DNA from: Acinetobacter phage AM24 | Reading direction: 5' to 3' (one strand) | Sequence record: KY000079.2 | DNA: 64,000 nt | Part shown: in pieces, positions 37,168 to 46,808 of the stretch | Layout: every line of letters begins with the position of its first letter | Numbering within the stretch: position 1 is the stretch's first letter | The notes under the pieces: generated by a model | Told to the model about the DNA's origin: nothing | The model's database searches: none | Seen by the model: only the letters and a program-made list of their open reading frames with translations | Made by a program: the position numbers and the translations under genes

Positions 37168-38139
37168 ATGTCAAAACAAAATTTAGAGTATAATCTCGAA
37201 ATGGTTGAGCCTAGAGCTTGGCATGCTAAAGCTGTAGAAATGAGTCTACAAGGTAAATCCTCAAGTGATATTGCTGAGGCTTTACTAGGCAGACGCACTC
37301 AAGGAAGTACGGTTCGAGATTTTCTTCGAAAGGTTAGTATCAGCAAGGCTGCTATTGAAGAGGTTGAGCCTGTAGAGATTCAGGAAAAGAACCCAACTAT
37401 TTTAATCATTGCTGATACACAGTGTAAACCAGATGAGAGCCTTGAATATATGTTGTGGGTTGGGCACTATATTGCCGAGACAAAACCTGATGTTATTGTG
37501 CATATTGGTGACCATTTTGACTTCCCAAGTTTATCAAGTTACGATAAAGGGAAAGCAAGTTCCGAGGGTCGTAGACTCTCTGATGACATTGAGGCTGGTT
37601 GTTTAGGGTTTGAGTATTTAAATTTACCAATGAAGAAGTACCCTGAATATAAACCACGCAAGATATTTTGTCTAGGTAATCATGAAGAGCGTCTTGATCG
37701 TTATGTGAATGATAACCCTGAGTTGGTTGGGACACTGGGTACAGACAAGTTACCATTCAAGGAACATGGTTGGGAGGTGCACCCTTTCTTGAAACCTGTA
37801 GAGGTTAATGGGATTCACTTTGTACACTACTTGGCAAACCCTTTCACAAGTAAACCTTATGGTGGTACGGCTGCAAGCATCCTTAAGACTGTTGGGAGAT
37901 CTTTCGTAGTTGGTCATAAACAATGCTTAGATATTGCTATCAGACCTATTATTGATGGGACACAACAGGTTGGTATTATTAATGGTGCATGTTACCCTTT
38001 TGATGAAGAATATAAAGGTTATCAAGGGAACAATCACTTTAGAGGTATTACAGTTCTAACTGAGGTAGAGAATGGTTTTGGTTGCCCTTCTTTTATTTCA
38101 CTAGATCATATGAAAAAGCTATATTATTCGGAAAATTAG
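37168..38139 (+). CDS. Calcineurin-like metallophosphoesterase
   Basis: Motifs IIADTQ, IGDHFD, GNHE and IHFVHY (metallophosphatase signature). Confidence 0.65.
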   Translation: MSKQNLEYNLEMVEPRAWHAKAVEMSLQGKSSSDIAEALLGRRTQGSTVRDFLRKVSISKAAIEEVEPVEIQEKNPTILIIADTQCKPDESLEYMLWVGHYIAETKPDVIVHIGDHFDFPSLSSYDKGKASSEGRRLSDDIEAGCLGFEYLNLPMKKYPEYKPRKIFCLGNHEERLDRYVNDNPELVGTLGTDKLPFKEHGWEVHPFLKPVEVNGIHFVHYLANPFTSKPYGGTAASILKTVGRSFVVGHKQCLDIAIRPIIDGTQQVGIINGACYPFDEEYKGYQGNNHFRGITVLTEVENGFGCPSFISLDHMKKLYYSEN

Positions 38140-38148
38140 GAGAAAACT

Positions 38149-39063
38149 ATGGAAGATAAAGAATTACAAGGGATTAAAGAAACTTTACAGGAAGTGAGCA
38201 CACAAATTCAGAACGTATCAAATGATGCTCAGAGTGCTGCTATTGAGTTGGCCCATAGCGAGGTTGAGCAGCCAGAGATTTCACCTGAAGAACAAGCTCG
38301 ACAGGATCGTGTTGTAGCTTGTGTTCGTAAGATTGTACTTTTGAATACAATCATGGGCAACAACCCTGTGTACGGTGTTTTACCAAGTGAACATTTGAAA
38401 ATCTTATCTGCTCAAGAAAAAGTATTCTTGGAAGAACGTAATGAAGCCTTAGCTGCAATCCATTCTAAATACCTTATTGAAGTATTGGATGGCTTAGCTG
38501 ATATGTTTGTTGTACAGACTGGCTACCAACATTTAAACGCACCAATTCCAGAAGAATTAATTGCTGAAGGTCGTTTCCCAGAACAATTTGCAGGACATGT
38601 TGGCTCAGCTTTAATGGGTCCAGAGATTGGTGCTCTATCAAATAGTGTATTTGCAGGTATGGCTGATGCATTCCATATTGCACGTATTGCCTCAGAGCAG
38701 CTTTTTATTGATAAGCTTGGGGTTAGCCAAGAACGATACCTTGAGGGTTGTATTCGAGCGTTAGAACTTATCTGTGATAACAATTTAGCTAAAGCTACAA
38801 AAGACAAAGATGTGGCTGCACGTTGGTACAAGAAACTTGGTAAAAAGTTAGTCGAGAAAGAAGGATGGCATATCCGTGCAGTTGAAGTTAATGGTGAAAC
38901 TTGGTATTCACTCTTTGATGGTAATGGTAAATTCCGTAAACACAAGGACTTTGTTGGTGTAGATTTGCAACCTGTTTTAGATTATATGCTTGAGGGTATT
39001 GACAAAGAGTTAATTCCAGATCAAGATAATGCTAAGTTACTATTCGAACAAGCGAGAGGTTAG
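38149..39063 (+). CDS. Hypothetical protein
   Basis: RBS AGGAGAAAA. Confidence 0.5.
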   Translation: MEDKELQGIKETLQEVSTQIQNVSNDAQSAAIELAHSEVEQPEISPEEQARQDRVVACVRKIVLLNTIMGNNPVYGVLPSEHLKILSAQEKVFLEERNEALAAIHSKYLIEVLDGLADMFVVQTGYQHLNAPIPEELIAEGRFPEQFAGHVGSALMGPEIGALSNSVFAGMADAFHIARIASEQLFIDKLGVSQERYLEGCIRALELICDNNLAKATKDKDVAARWYKKLGKKLVEKEGWHIRAVEVNGETWYSLFDGNGKFRKHKDFVGVDLQPVLDYMLEGIDKELIPDQDNAKLLFEQARG

Positions 39064-39064
39064 T

Positions 39065-39232
39065 ATGGCTGAAAATACTGAAACAGTTACAATTTCAAAA
39101 GAACGGTATCAGAAACTTTTAAAAAATGAAAGTTGGTTGGCTGCACTAGGAGATGCTGGTGTGGATAACTGGTCTGGTTATGATGAAGCACGTGAAATTC
39201 AACGTGAGTGGGAAGAAGAAGATGAAGATTAA
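39065..39232 (+). CDS. Small acidic protein
   Basis: An ATG follows GAGAGG; the track start at 39029 overlaps the upstream gene. Confidence 0.4.
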   Translation: MAENTETVTISKERYQKLLKNESWLAALGDAGVDNWSGYDEAREIQREWEEEDED

Positions 39233-39404
39233 GTATGCCGTACATCATTATGTAGATGGTTGCTATGAAGGTGTTCGTGGCATCTTTGATAAAGTTGAAG
39301 AAGCAATTGAAAGACATAAGCAATTATCAGAAACAGAGGCTACCTCAGATTTTGATTTTACAATTGAGGTTGTCTATGATGGGGGAGGTGATGAAGATGA
39401 GTAA
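39222..39404 (+). CDS. Small protein
   Basis: An ATG follows GGGAAGAAGAAG. Confidence 0.3.
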   Translation: MKIKYAVHHYVDGCYEGVRGIFDKVEEAIERHKQLSETEATSDFDFTIEVVYDGGGDEDE

Positions 39405-39816
39405 AGACTATTTCGAAGAAGTACTTTATTGCCTAGATGGTTATGTAGCAAGCCATAATGAAAGAAATTTCGGTGATGCTGATGAGTGGTTGCGTCATGT
39501 TAGAAATGACTGGGAAAAGTTTACTGACAATCATGATTCAAGTTTAAATCCACTTGAGCATTACCGTGAAGAGTTGAATGCAAATAAAGTTTTTGCTGCT
39601 GTCCATGTAATTACTGAATCCTGTGATCATTACAACTACCTTCTAGAAGTTCAAGATTGTAGTGATTTAATTGAGCAGTTGATATCAAGTCTTGGTCATG
39701 AGTTTGCGCATATATGTGATGTTTACGTGACAATGCCAGATGATTTTGATACAAACGCAGTAGAGGCAAGTATTATGTGTCGAAGTGCTAAGTATTTGGA
39801 AGGAGGTGATGATTGA
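39397..39816 (+). CDS. Hypothetical protein
   Basis: An ATG follows GGGGGAGGTG. Confidence 0.4.
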   Translation: MSKDYFEEVLYCLDGYVASHNERNFGDADEWLRHVRNDWEKFTDNHDSSLNPLEHYREELNANKVFAAVHVITESCDHYNYLLEVQDCSDLIEQLISSLGHEFAHICDVYVTMPDDFDTNAVEASIMCRSAKYLEGGDD

Positions 39817-40847
39817 GTTTAACAAAAGAGTTTTTTGAAAGAGATACAAACATCACCGCTAAGGTTATTGCTGACAGTATTTCTCCTTCGGGACAACGTA
39901 TCACGACCTTTGAGGTTGAATATCCACGTTTTATTCTTGCTGAGTTGAACACTCATAAGATGTTGGAAAAGAATTCATCAAGTTCTCGTGCTATTCCCAT
40001 CATTAAAATGATTGAACAAATTGAAACTAATGGTGCAACTCCTCTATACTGGGGTAAAACTAAGTCAGGGATGCAAGCTGGGGAAGAGGTGGTTGGAAAT
40101 GACCTAAGTGTTATACAATACTTGTGGGACTTGGCACGATCAAATGCTGTAGCATCAGCAGATATTTTATCTCAAATGGGGTTGCATAAACAAACATCTA
40201 ATCGTTTGCTTGAACCTTTTCAGATGATGAAGACTGTCATAACTGGTACTGACTGGGATAACTTCTTTAACTTACGGATTCATCCAGATTCTCAGCCAGA
40301 GTTCTGTATGTTGGCTTACAAGATGTATATGGCTATGAAAGAGAGTACTCCTGTAAAATTAGTTGCTGGTCAATGGCATTTACCATTTGTTCACACTTTT
40401 ATTAGTAAAGAGGGTGTTCAATATTATAGCGATGGTATTAATCCTCTGAGTGGTGGTAAACAACTTTCACTTGAAGAAGCTATTCGTGTATCTGCATCGT
40501 GTTGTGCTCAAACATCATACCGTAAGAGTGATGATTCATTAGAGAAAGCTGATAAGATTTTCGACATGTTGATCAAGGCAGATGTGCTTCATGCTTCACC
40601 TTTTGGTCACTTGGCTACTCCTGTGCGTGAGTACTGGCAGAACCCGAAACCTTATTTGGATGATGTAAACTCTATGGATTATAGCACTTGGGAGAAAGGT
40701 ATTACTCATATGAACCGTAAAGGTGTTCTATGTTCAGGCAACTTGACTGGTTGGATTTCATATCGACATCTTATTCCAAACAATACATGTTATGAATTTG
40801 ATTTTGAAGAACGTATGAAGCTCTTCTCAGATGGAAGTGTTTCTTAA
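39813..40847 (+). CDS. ThyX-like flavin-dependent thymidylate synthase (tentative); TTG start
   Basis: HK-x7-SSR resembles the ThyX RHRx7SxR signature. RBS GGAGGTG. Confidence 0.4.
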   Translation: MSLTKEFFERDTNITAKVIADSISPSGQRITTFEVEYPRFILAELNTHKMLEKNSSSSRAIPIIKMIEQIETNGATPLYWGKTKSGMQAGEEVVGNDLSVIQYLWDLARSNAVASADILSQMGLHKQTSNRLLEPFQMMKTVITGTDWDNFFNLRIHPDSQPEFCMLAYKMYMAMKESTPVKLVAGQWHLPFVHTFISKEGVQYYSDGINPLSGGKQLSLEEAIRVSASCCAQTSYRKSDDSLEKADKIFDMLIKADVLHASPFGHLATPVREYWQNPKPYLDDVNSMDYSTWEKGITHMNRKGVLCSGNLTGWISYRHLIPNNTCYEFDFEERMKLFSDGSVS

Positions 40848-40857
40848 GGAGGTGTAC

Positions 40858-41247
40858 ATGGCTTATGTACGAGCAAGCCACAAGGATGTGGTAGAGTTAC
40901 TTACACAGGGAAACTATGAAGTAACCAAGGAAAATATTTATAAAGCATTACATTTGGTTTTTGGTTTTGATAGAACTCGTAGGGGTGAGTTTGGAATTGA
41001 AGATTCTGAAACGGCTTTATCGGAGAATGATATTGGCAAAAAGCGTTGGTTTAGTGTAGATGCATACCAACATAAAACCTTGGATGGTGAAGTGGTGGTT
41101 GGGTTAATGTACATTGGCTATGAACGTAAGGATGAGGATTGGATTCAAAATGGACGACCTTCAGAGGAAGTTAAAATGGAAATTCGAAATGATCCATCTT
41201 ACAATGCTTTAATTGCTGGTTTAAGTCGAAGACGACCTGTTAGTTAA
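40858..41247 (+). CDS. Hypothetical protein
   Basis: RBS AAGGAGG. Confidence 0.45.
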   Translation: MAYVRASHKDVVELLTQGNYEVTKENIYKALHLVFGFDRTRRGEFGIEDSETALSENDIGKKRWFSVDAYQHKTLDGEVVVGLMYIGYERKDEDWIQNGRPSEEVKMEIRNDPSYNALIAGLSRRRPVS

Positions 41248-41369
41248 CGATTAAAATTTGAAGTGTTTCTTTATAGAGGCAAACCTAAAGGCTCACCTCT
41301 GGTGGGCTTTATTTGTATGTAGTTTTAATATACATAGGTTTTTGAAATAAAAGTGTAAAGGAGTTTTAA

Positions 41370-43139
41370 ATGGGAAAAAATATTACCCGTAAAAGAGAGG
41401 ATGGCCGTAACACCCGTAACCGTGACTACAGACAAGAAATTGGAGAAAGAGATTTATACATCAGTGAGAAGCACAAACAACAACGTGAAGAGTATATTAA
41501 ACAAAACCCAATTGTTCCATTAAACCCCAAACAACGTAGATATATGGAACTCTTAGATGAGAAGAAGTGTATCATTGCTACAGGCTTTGCAGGTTGTGTT
41601 GATGCTGATACAGAATTCTTAAGTGAATCTGGCTGGAAGCGCATGGCAGATTATGTTGTTGGTGATAAAGTCATGCAAGTCAGTCAAGAAGGTTTATTGG
41701 GAAGTTTTGTTGATCCAGTTCAATATATTAAACGTGAGTGTGATTGGTTCTACCACTTCAAGACGCATCGTGGTATTGATCAAGTTTTATCCGAAGAGCA
41801 CCACGTCGCGTATACGATAAAAGATCGATTACGGCTGAACAAAGTGTTAGTTGCTGATCTTGTAGAAAGTTTGGATTACAAACCTAATGGCTTCCTAGGT
41901 AAAATTCCTTGTATCTATAGATTTAATGGCAATAGTTTGGGTTTAAGTGATTGGGATATTAGACTTGGTGTTGCTATCAAAGCGGATGCACATCTCGCTT
42001 CTGAGACAACAGGACGATATGTCTTTCGGCTAAAGAAAGAGCGTAAGGTTGAAAGACTTAAGTGGATTTTGGAAAATATGGGGCGTGATTATAAACTACG
42101 GCACTTAGAAGGTGGGTATACTGAAATCCAAGTCTATGCGCCAGAACACACAAAAAACCTTGCAGATTGGATGTTTTGCTCAAAAGAAGATGCAGAAATA
42201 ATTATGAGTGAATATCAATACTGGGATGGGGATTCAAAACCATCTGGGTCTAGGTTGCCTAGATTTTCGACATCTAGGAAGACAGAAGCTGACGCCATGC
42301 AGTACTTTGCAAACATTTGTGGGTATCGTGCAAGTATTACTGAGGTGACTTCAGATTGTGCGTTTAAGCATGTAAAAAAGGTTTACAAATATGAAGGTCG
42401 TGTGATGTACACAGTTAATTTAACGAAACAAACGCACATACGCTTGACACCAAAAAATCGTGTTACAGGAGAGATTGTGAAACCAGATAAAATCCCAAGT
42501 GTTGATGGGTATAAATATTGTTTTGAAGTTCCATCTGGTTTCTTGTTACTTAGAAGAAACGGCAAGGTGTTTGTAACAGGTAATACATCTAAAACATATA
42601 TCCCCACAGCTATCTTTGCAGATTTATACCGTACAGGAAAGCTTAAGAAAATTGTTTTAATTAGACCAGCCGTGTCTAATTCTAAGAGTTTAGGTTATTT
42701 TGCAGGGACTATTGAGCAAAAGAGTTCTGTTTGGTTGGCACCTGTTATTGATGTGCTATACAAGCGTCTAGGTCGTCCAGCAGCCCTACAAGCTATCGCT
42801 AATGGTGACATTGAGTTTGTTCCTATGGAAACAGTTAAAGGTCGAAGCTTTGATGAAGACACAGCAGTTATTGTTACGGAAGCTGAAGATTGTACCAAAG
42901 AGGAAATCATGTCTCTACTAACCCGACAAAATGGTTGTAAGATGGTCATTGAAGGTGATGTTCGACAAAGTGCACTTCGAGAGGAAAGTGGTTTGAAGAT
43001 GGCTATTGATCTTTACTCTAAGCACAAATCATTACAGGAAACTATGGGGTTAATCAGCTTTGATGATGTTCAAGATATTGTCCGAAGCCCTGAATGTAAA
43101 ATTTGGATTAAGGTATTCGTTAAAGAGGGTTTGATGTGA
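41370..43139 (+). CDS. phoH: PhoH-like ATPase interrupted by an intein within the Walker A P-loop
   Basis: ATGFAG|C...GN|TSKTY restores GFAGTSKTY, which matches GPAGTGKTY. Downstream, IVLIRPAVSNSKSLGYFAGT is PhoH-like. RBS AAGGAG. Confidence 0.8.
   Translation: MGKNITRKREDGRNTRNRDYRQEIGERDLYISEKHKQQREEYIKQNPIVPLNPKQRRYMELLDEKKCIIATGFAGCVDADTEFLSESGWKRMADYVVGDKVMQVSQEGLLGSFVDPVQYIKRECDWFYHFKTHRGIDQVLSEEHHVAYTIKDRLRLNKVLVADLVESLDYKPNGFLGKIPCIYRFNGNSLGLSDWDIRLGVAIKADAHLASETTGRYVFRLKKERKVERLKWILENMGRDYKLRHLEGGYTEIQVYAPEHTKNLADWMFCSKEDAEIIMSEYQYWDGDSKPSGSRLPRFSTSRKTEADAMQYFANICGYRASITEVTSDCAFKHVKKVYKYEGRVMYTVNLTKQTHIRLTPKNRVTGEIVKPDKIPSVDGYKYCFEVPSGFLLLRRNGKVFVTGNTSKTYIPTAIFADLYRTGKLKKIVLIRPAVSNSKSLGYFAGTIEQKSSVWLAPVIDVLYKRLGRPAALQAIANGDIEFVPMETVKGRSFDEDTAVIVTEAEDCTKEEIMSLLTRQNGCKMVIEGDVRQSALREESGLKMAIDLYSKHKSLQETMGLISFDDVQDIVRSPECKIWIKVFVKEGLM
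41595..42584 (+). mobile_element. Intein (330 aa) with a LAGLIDADG-like endonuclease domain in phoH
   Basis: Begins CVDADTEFL. Contains LGVAIKADAHL. Ends KVFVTGN followed by Thr. Confidence 0.7.
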
Positions 43140-43741
43140 GTGGAAAAGGAATGGTTTGTGGTCATGGTATAAATGACTTTAAAGACCGTGTAAACATCAA
43201 TGGCAAGATTGTCAGAGAGTATTGTCTATGGAAATCTATGTTGGCTAGATGTTATTCACCTATCTTCCACAAGCAAAACCCAACCTACAAGGGATGCGAA
43301 GTGGAACCATTTCTCCTATCCTTCACAAACTTCTATAATTTCGTAAGAAGTTTAAAGGGTTTTGGTGAGGTTGATGAGAAAGGTAGACCCTTCCAGATGG
43401 ATAAAGACTTGTTGGTTAAGGGGAATAAAACTTATAGTGTTGATACTATTTGTTTTGTTCCTTGGGAAGTTAATGCGTTTTTAACAAACAATACTGCGGT
43501 TCGTGGTGATTTGCCAGTTGGTGTTGTCTATCATAAAAGAGATGATGTATACCAAGCAACCTTGAGGTTATATGGGAAGACAACTTATCTAGGATCTTTT
43601 GAGACACCTGAAGCGGCTTTTGTTGCCTACAAAAACGCTAAAGAAGCTCAAGCTAAAGTTTTAGCTGAAAAGTGGAAAGATAAGATTGACCCTAGAGTGT
43701 ATGATGCGCTAATAAATTATGAGGTTAATATAGATGACTGA
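43136..43741 (+). CDS. Free-standing homing-endonuclease-like protein with a C-terminal AP2 DNA-binding domain
   Basis: GVVYHKRDDVYQATLRLYGKTTYLGSFETPEAAFVAYKNAK is AP2-like. Overlaps the phoH stop; GTG start. Confidence 0.55.
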   Translation: MSGKGMVCGHGINDFKDRVNINGKIVREYCLWKSMLARCYSPIFHKQNPTYKGCEVEPFLLSFTNFYNFVRSLKGFGEVDEKGRPFQMDKDLLVKGNKTYSVDTICFVPWEVNAFLTNNTAVRGDLPVGVVYHKRDDVYQATLRLYGKTTYLGSFETPEAAFVAYKNAKEAQAKVLAEKWKDKIDPRVYDALINYEVNIDD

Positions 43742-44099
43742 AGGCTTTACAAATGCTGTTGAAAACATGAGGTTATGTGAAAATAATCTGTTAGAGGCTA
43801 TCAATCGAGTATTTGAAGAGTATGCTAAGATGGATTATTTCAATGATTGTTATTTGAATATGACAGAGGCAATCGATGATATAATTTTGAATTTCAACAA
43901 CTTAATTGATAAAATTAATAATTTTAATTTTTCTTATGAAAAAGTGTTGACAAAAAATTTTTCTGTTGGTAAGATATGCTACATATTAAGAGCAGAATTA
44001 AAAGTTAACGATGAAACTGGCATGGTTTATATTAAAAATTATGAAGTTTCAAAAATTAACTTTGATGGTTCTGAAAGTATTGTTATATCTGGAGAATAG
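43734..44099 (+). CDS. Hypothetical protein
   Basis: ATGA start/stop overlap with the upstream gene. Confidence 0.45.
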   Translation: MTEGFTNAVENMRLCENNLLEAINRVFEEYAKMDYFNDCYLNMTEAIDDIILNFNNLIDKINNFNFSYEKVLTKNFSVGKICYILRAELKVNDETGMVYIKNYEVSKINFDGSESIVISGE

Positions 44100-44127
44100 A
44101 TTATGAAAGACTTTTAAGGAGAAAACT

Positions 44128-44367
44128 TTGAAAATTACGCAAGCACAGTTAGACCATCTTTGTACTCTTCATACTTTAATGGTATCCTCTAAGGAATCCT
44201 ATGATGAAGCTGTTAAGAAAGTTGCAGAAGACAATGGTGTTGACAGTTCTGTATTAAAGTCCTTCATTGGTAAATATGAAGGGGATCGTGAAAAATTAAA
44301 TAAAGAAGTGGAGAAAAAGCAACAATTTATTGATCTTGTTGAAAGCTTCACTGTGGAGGGTAATTAA
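44128..44367 (+). CDS. Hypothetical protein; TTG start
   Basis: RBS AAGGAG. Confidence 0.45.
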   Translation: MKITQAQLDHLCTLHTLMVSSKESYDEAVKKVAEDNGVDSSVLKSFIGKYEGDREKLNKEVEKKQQFIDLVESFTVEGN

Positions 44368-44792
44368 TGGGTTTGGAAAGTGTAGAGGATTTACTAAAAC
44401 TTTTGGCTAAAGTTAAGATGCATGCAGCAATGGTACGTCTTGCTGAAGTTCAAGCTGGGAAGTCAGACTTAGAAGTTGCACGAGCTTGGTTCTCTGTTTG
44501 TCGTGGACATTATGTAGTGCCAAAACCAACAGAAGAATATGAGCCAGATTTTGAAGAAGACCGACTTAAAATTGTTGGTTTGGTTGAGGACGGTGAAAAA
44601 TTTAAGTTTGAATTTGAAACATCCACTGGTTCAACAGTTCAATTAGGTGGTCGATTACATGCTGACTACATCTTAGTTGATAGCCAAGATGTGGACCCTT
44701 TTGAAATCATCGAACAATTAACAAATGTTCTTGGTGGGGAAGACTTGAAGAAGTCTGATGGTGATTCACCAATTAAACACTTGCTAAGTTAA
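44367..44792 (+). CDS. Hypothetical protein
   Basis: TAATG start/stop overlap with the upstream gene. Confidence 0.45.
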   Translation: MGLESVEDLLKLLAKVKMHAAMVRLAEVQAGKSDLEVARAWFSVCRGHYVVPKPTEEYEPDFEEDRLKIVGLVEDGEKFKFEFETSTGSTVQLGGRLHADYILVDSQDVDPFEIIEQLTNVLGGEDLKKSDGDSPIKHLLS

Positions 44793-44812
44793 TTTAAATA
44801 AGGTAATATTCA

Positions 44813-44836
44813 GGTAGTACTAAAGGTTGTACTACC
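44813..44836 (+). other. Perfect 8-bp hairpin (GGTAGTAC...GTACTACC) in an intergenic region
   Basis: Seen in the sequence; no U-run follows. Confidence 0.3.
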
Positions 44837-44869
44837 ACTACTAAACAAAAATTTTTGGAGAAAATATTT

Positions 44870-45442
44870 ATGACACGTTTAAATACTCAATATGTTGAAA
44901 CTCAAAACACTGGCAAGTTAAAAGTTGGTGATGTTGTTGAAATCTTAAATACAGAAGAATTCCATGATGGTGTAAAAGTTGGGGATCGTGCTGTTGTTTT
45001 ACAAATTCGCACTATTTCAATCCTCGCATTACACTTCGCTGTATTAGGTTATGAAGTGGAAGGTAGTGATCACCTTGTATTCCGAAACATTGATTTTGAA
45101 GACTTTGAAGATGAAGTTAAATTCTTAGGTCGACAAACAGATGCACATGAATTCCAAACCAAATACCTTGAAAAGTTAGGTTCTACAAATATCCGTGTTC
45201 TTGATCTTGCACGTTTTGACGAAGATTATGTAGAGCAAAATGCTGTTTACCCTCTAGTTGGTGCTGCATTGAAACCTAAAATCAAGTGGGTTGAAAGCGA
45301 AGATGAAGGTCTGGTCGATGCTGTAACTGGTTGGGAAGCTGATACTGATGAAAATGGTGATGTTCTTGTGTTCCAACTTGAAGATGGTCACATCCAGTAC
45401 ACTCCGTTAGATGGAGGTGTTGAGTTAGCTTTAGCTAGTTAA
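44870..45442 (+). CDS. Hypothetical protein with two VGD motifs (LKVGDVVEI, VKVGDRAVV)
   Basis: An ATG lies 10 nt after GGAG. Confidence 0.45.
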   Translation: MTRLNTQYVETQNTGKLKVGDVVEILNTEEFHDGVKVGDRAVVLQIRTISILALHFAVLGYEVEGSDHLVFRNIDFEDFEDEVKFLGRQTDAHEFQTKYLEKLGSTNIRVLDLARFDEDYVEQNAVYPLVGAALKPKIKWVESEDEGLVDAVTGWEADTDENGDVLVFQLEDGHIQYTPLDGGVELALAS

Positions 45443-45470
45443 TTCAATTAAATAACTGAGTTAAAGAATG

Positions 45471-45495
45471 CCCCAACATTGTTTGGGGTTTTCTT
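45471..45495 (+). terminator. Rho-independent terminator
   Basis: CCCCAACATTGTTTGGGG followed by TTTTCTT. Confidence 0.5.
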
Positions 45496-45521
45496 GTAGT
45501 TTAACTTGACAGGAGGTCATT

Positions 45522-45914
45522 ATGGGAGAGCATATAATTCGTGCTCAGGCAATTGCGGAATTTAAAAGTAAAGACACAAGTAGGTTTGTTGGTTGTTCTG
45601 AAGTCCAATCAAAAACTGGTGCAATTAAATCTGATGGGGGTTCTTCAACATATTACGATATTGCTATCCCCACAAGCTTACTTGAAGAGATGGCTGAACG
45701 AAGAAATGAAGATGGTTTATCTTACATTAAAACTGAAGAGATCATCGAACTAGGTCTTGGAAATGATTTTGATGCTGGAAATATCTTCAAGTGTTTAATT
45801 CGAATGCAATCCTTAAAGAATGGTAAAGGTAAGGCTGGAAATGACTTAGAGTACGATGCTAACAAAGTTGTTTATTCTGCCAAAAAAATAGCAAAACGCT
45901 ATTCTAAAAAATAG
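45522..45914 (+). CDS. Hypothetical protein
   Basis: RBS AGGAGG. Confidence 0.45.
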   Translation: MGEHIIRAQAIAEFKSKDTSRFVGCSEVQSKTGAIKSDGGSSTYYDIAIPTSLLEEMAERRNEDGLSYIKTEEIIELGLGNDFDAGNIFKCLIRMQSLKNGKGKAGNDLEYDANKVVYSAKKIAKRYSKK

Positions 45915-45930
45915 GTTTACATGTTATTAT

Positions 45931-45961
45931 CCCTCAAAGGTTGTCTTTTGAGGGATTTTTT
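45931..45961 (+). terminator. Rho-independent terminator
   Basis: CCCTCAAAGGTTGTCTTTTGAGGG followed by ATTTTTT. Confidence 0.65.
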
Positions 45962-46264
45962 ATGACTATGCGAAAAGAAGATGGTGGGATTGACTACCTA
46001 CTTGCCTCCTTATTTTTATTATTGGGGTTTGTTTTAGGTGCTCTATTTCTTGCCTACCAAAACACTCAGTTTATGAAGAATGAAATGTATACAGATTGTG
46101 CTAAGCTAGGATTTTATGAGATCTATCCAGATGAGGGTAAAGGTGTCTACTGTACCATAGCAAAGTATGAGAAGGAGCACACTGAATACAATACTTACAA
46201 GGTTTTTAAAGATGATGGTGAGTTGTTTACCACCCTTCGTGAAGATTTAGGAGAGAAGAAATAA
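45962..46264 (+). CDS. Small membrane protein (one TM)
   Basis: An ATG lies after the terminator. The track start at 45941 falls inside the hairpin. TM segment LLASLFLLLGFVLGALFLAY. Confidence 0.4.
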   Translation: MTMRKEDGGIDYLLASLFLLLGFVLGALFLAYQNTQFMKNEMYTDCAKLGFYEIYPDEGKGVYCTIAKYEKEHTEYNTYKVFKDDGELFTTLREDLGEKK

Positions 46265-46779
46265 TGCACATTCAAAAAGGTCAACTTCGCTTTAATAAGA
46301 GAGAGTTGTGGAACTTAGATAAACACCTTGCTAAAGTTATTGTTCAGGGGTTACAACAGTTCAAGAGTGTCCACAAGAACACCATCCCACCTCACTTAGT
46401 CACTGAGGATATTAACCCTGAAACTGGTAGAGAGGTTTATTGGGATTATTCTAGTGAGTATTGTGAACAACAATGGCAAGAGTTATTAGATAAGATGATC
46501 TTTGCGTTTACAGAGCATCCCACATACTTTGATATTGAACCTTATGATTTTCATTATGATGATTTAACACACCCTGAAAAGTTTCCTGAGCAAGTGTGGG
46601 AAGAGCATCCTGTTTATGGTAAGATAACAGAGTGGAGGCAAGTGTTAAAAGAAGGTGTTACACAAGAAGATGTAGATGCTTGGTGGGAACGTAGTCGAGC
46701 TTATGATGCTGAGATTAAACGCAAAGTTGATGAAGGGCGAGAGTTATTCATTAAACATTTTGATAACTTATGGGACTGA
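46264..46779 (+). CDS. Hypothetical protein
   Basis: TAATG start/stop overlap with the upstream gene. Confidence 0.45.
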   Translation: MHIQKGQLRFNKRELWNLDKHLAKVIVQGLQQFKSVHKNTIPPHLVTEDINPETGREVYWDYSSEYCEQQWQELLDKMIFAFTEHPTYFDIEPYDFHYDDLTHPEKFPEQVWEEHPVYGKITEWRQVLKEGVTQEDVDAWWERSRAYDAEIKRKVDEGRELFIKHFDNLWD

Positions 46780-46808
46780 GATATACAGCATTATCGAGGA
46801 GGGTATAG

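Noticed and set aside
41426-42949. Minus-strand and alternative-frame ORFs inside the phoH gene and its intein (41426..41644, 41623..41820, 42383..42607, 42695..42949)
   Set aside because: They lie within a continuous, motif-supported PhoH-intein reading frame
45506-45521. TTGACA at 45506, considered as the promoter for the 45522 gene
   Set aside because: It is only 10 nt from the start codon. It is more likely part of the RBS-context sequence GACAGGAGG
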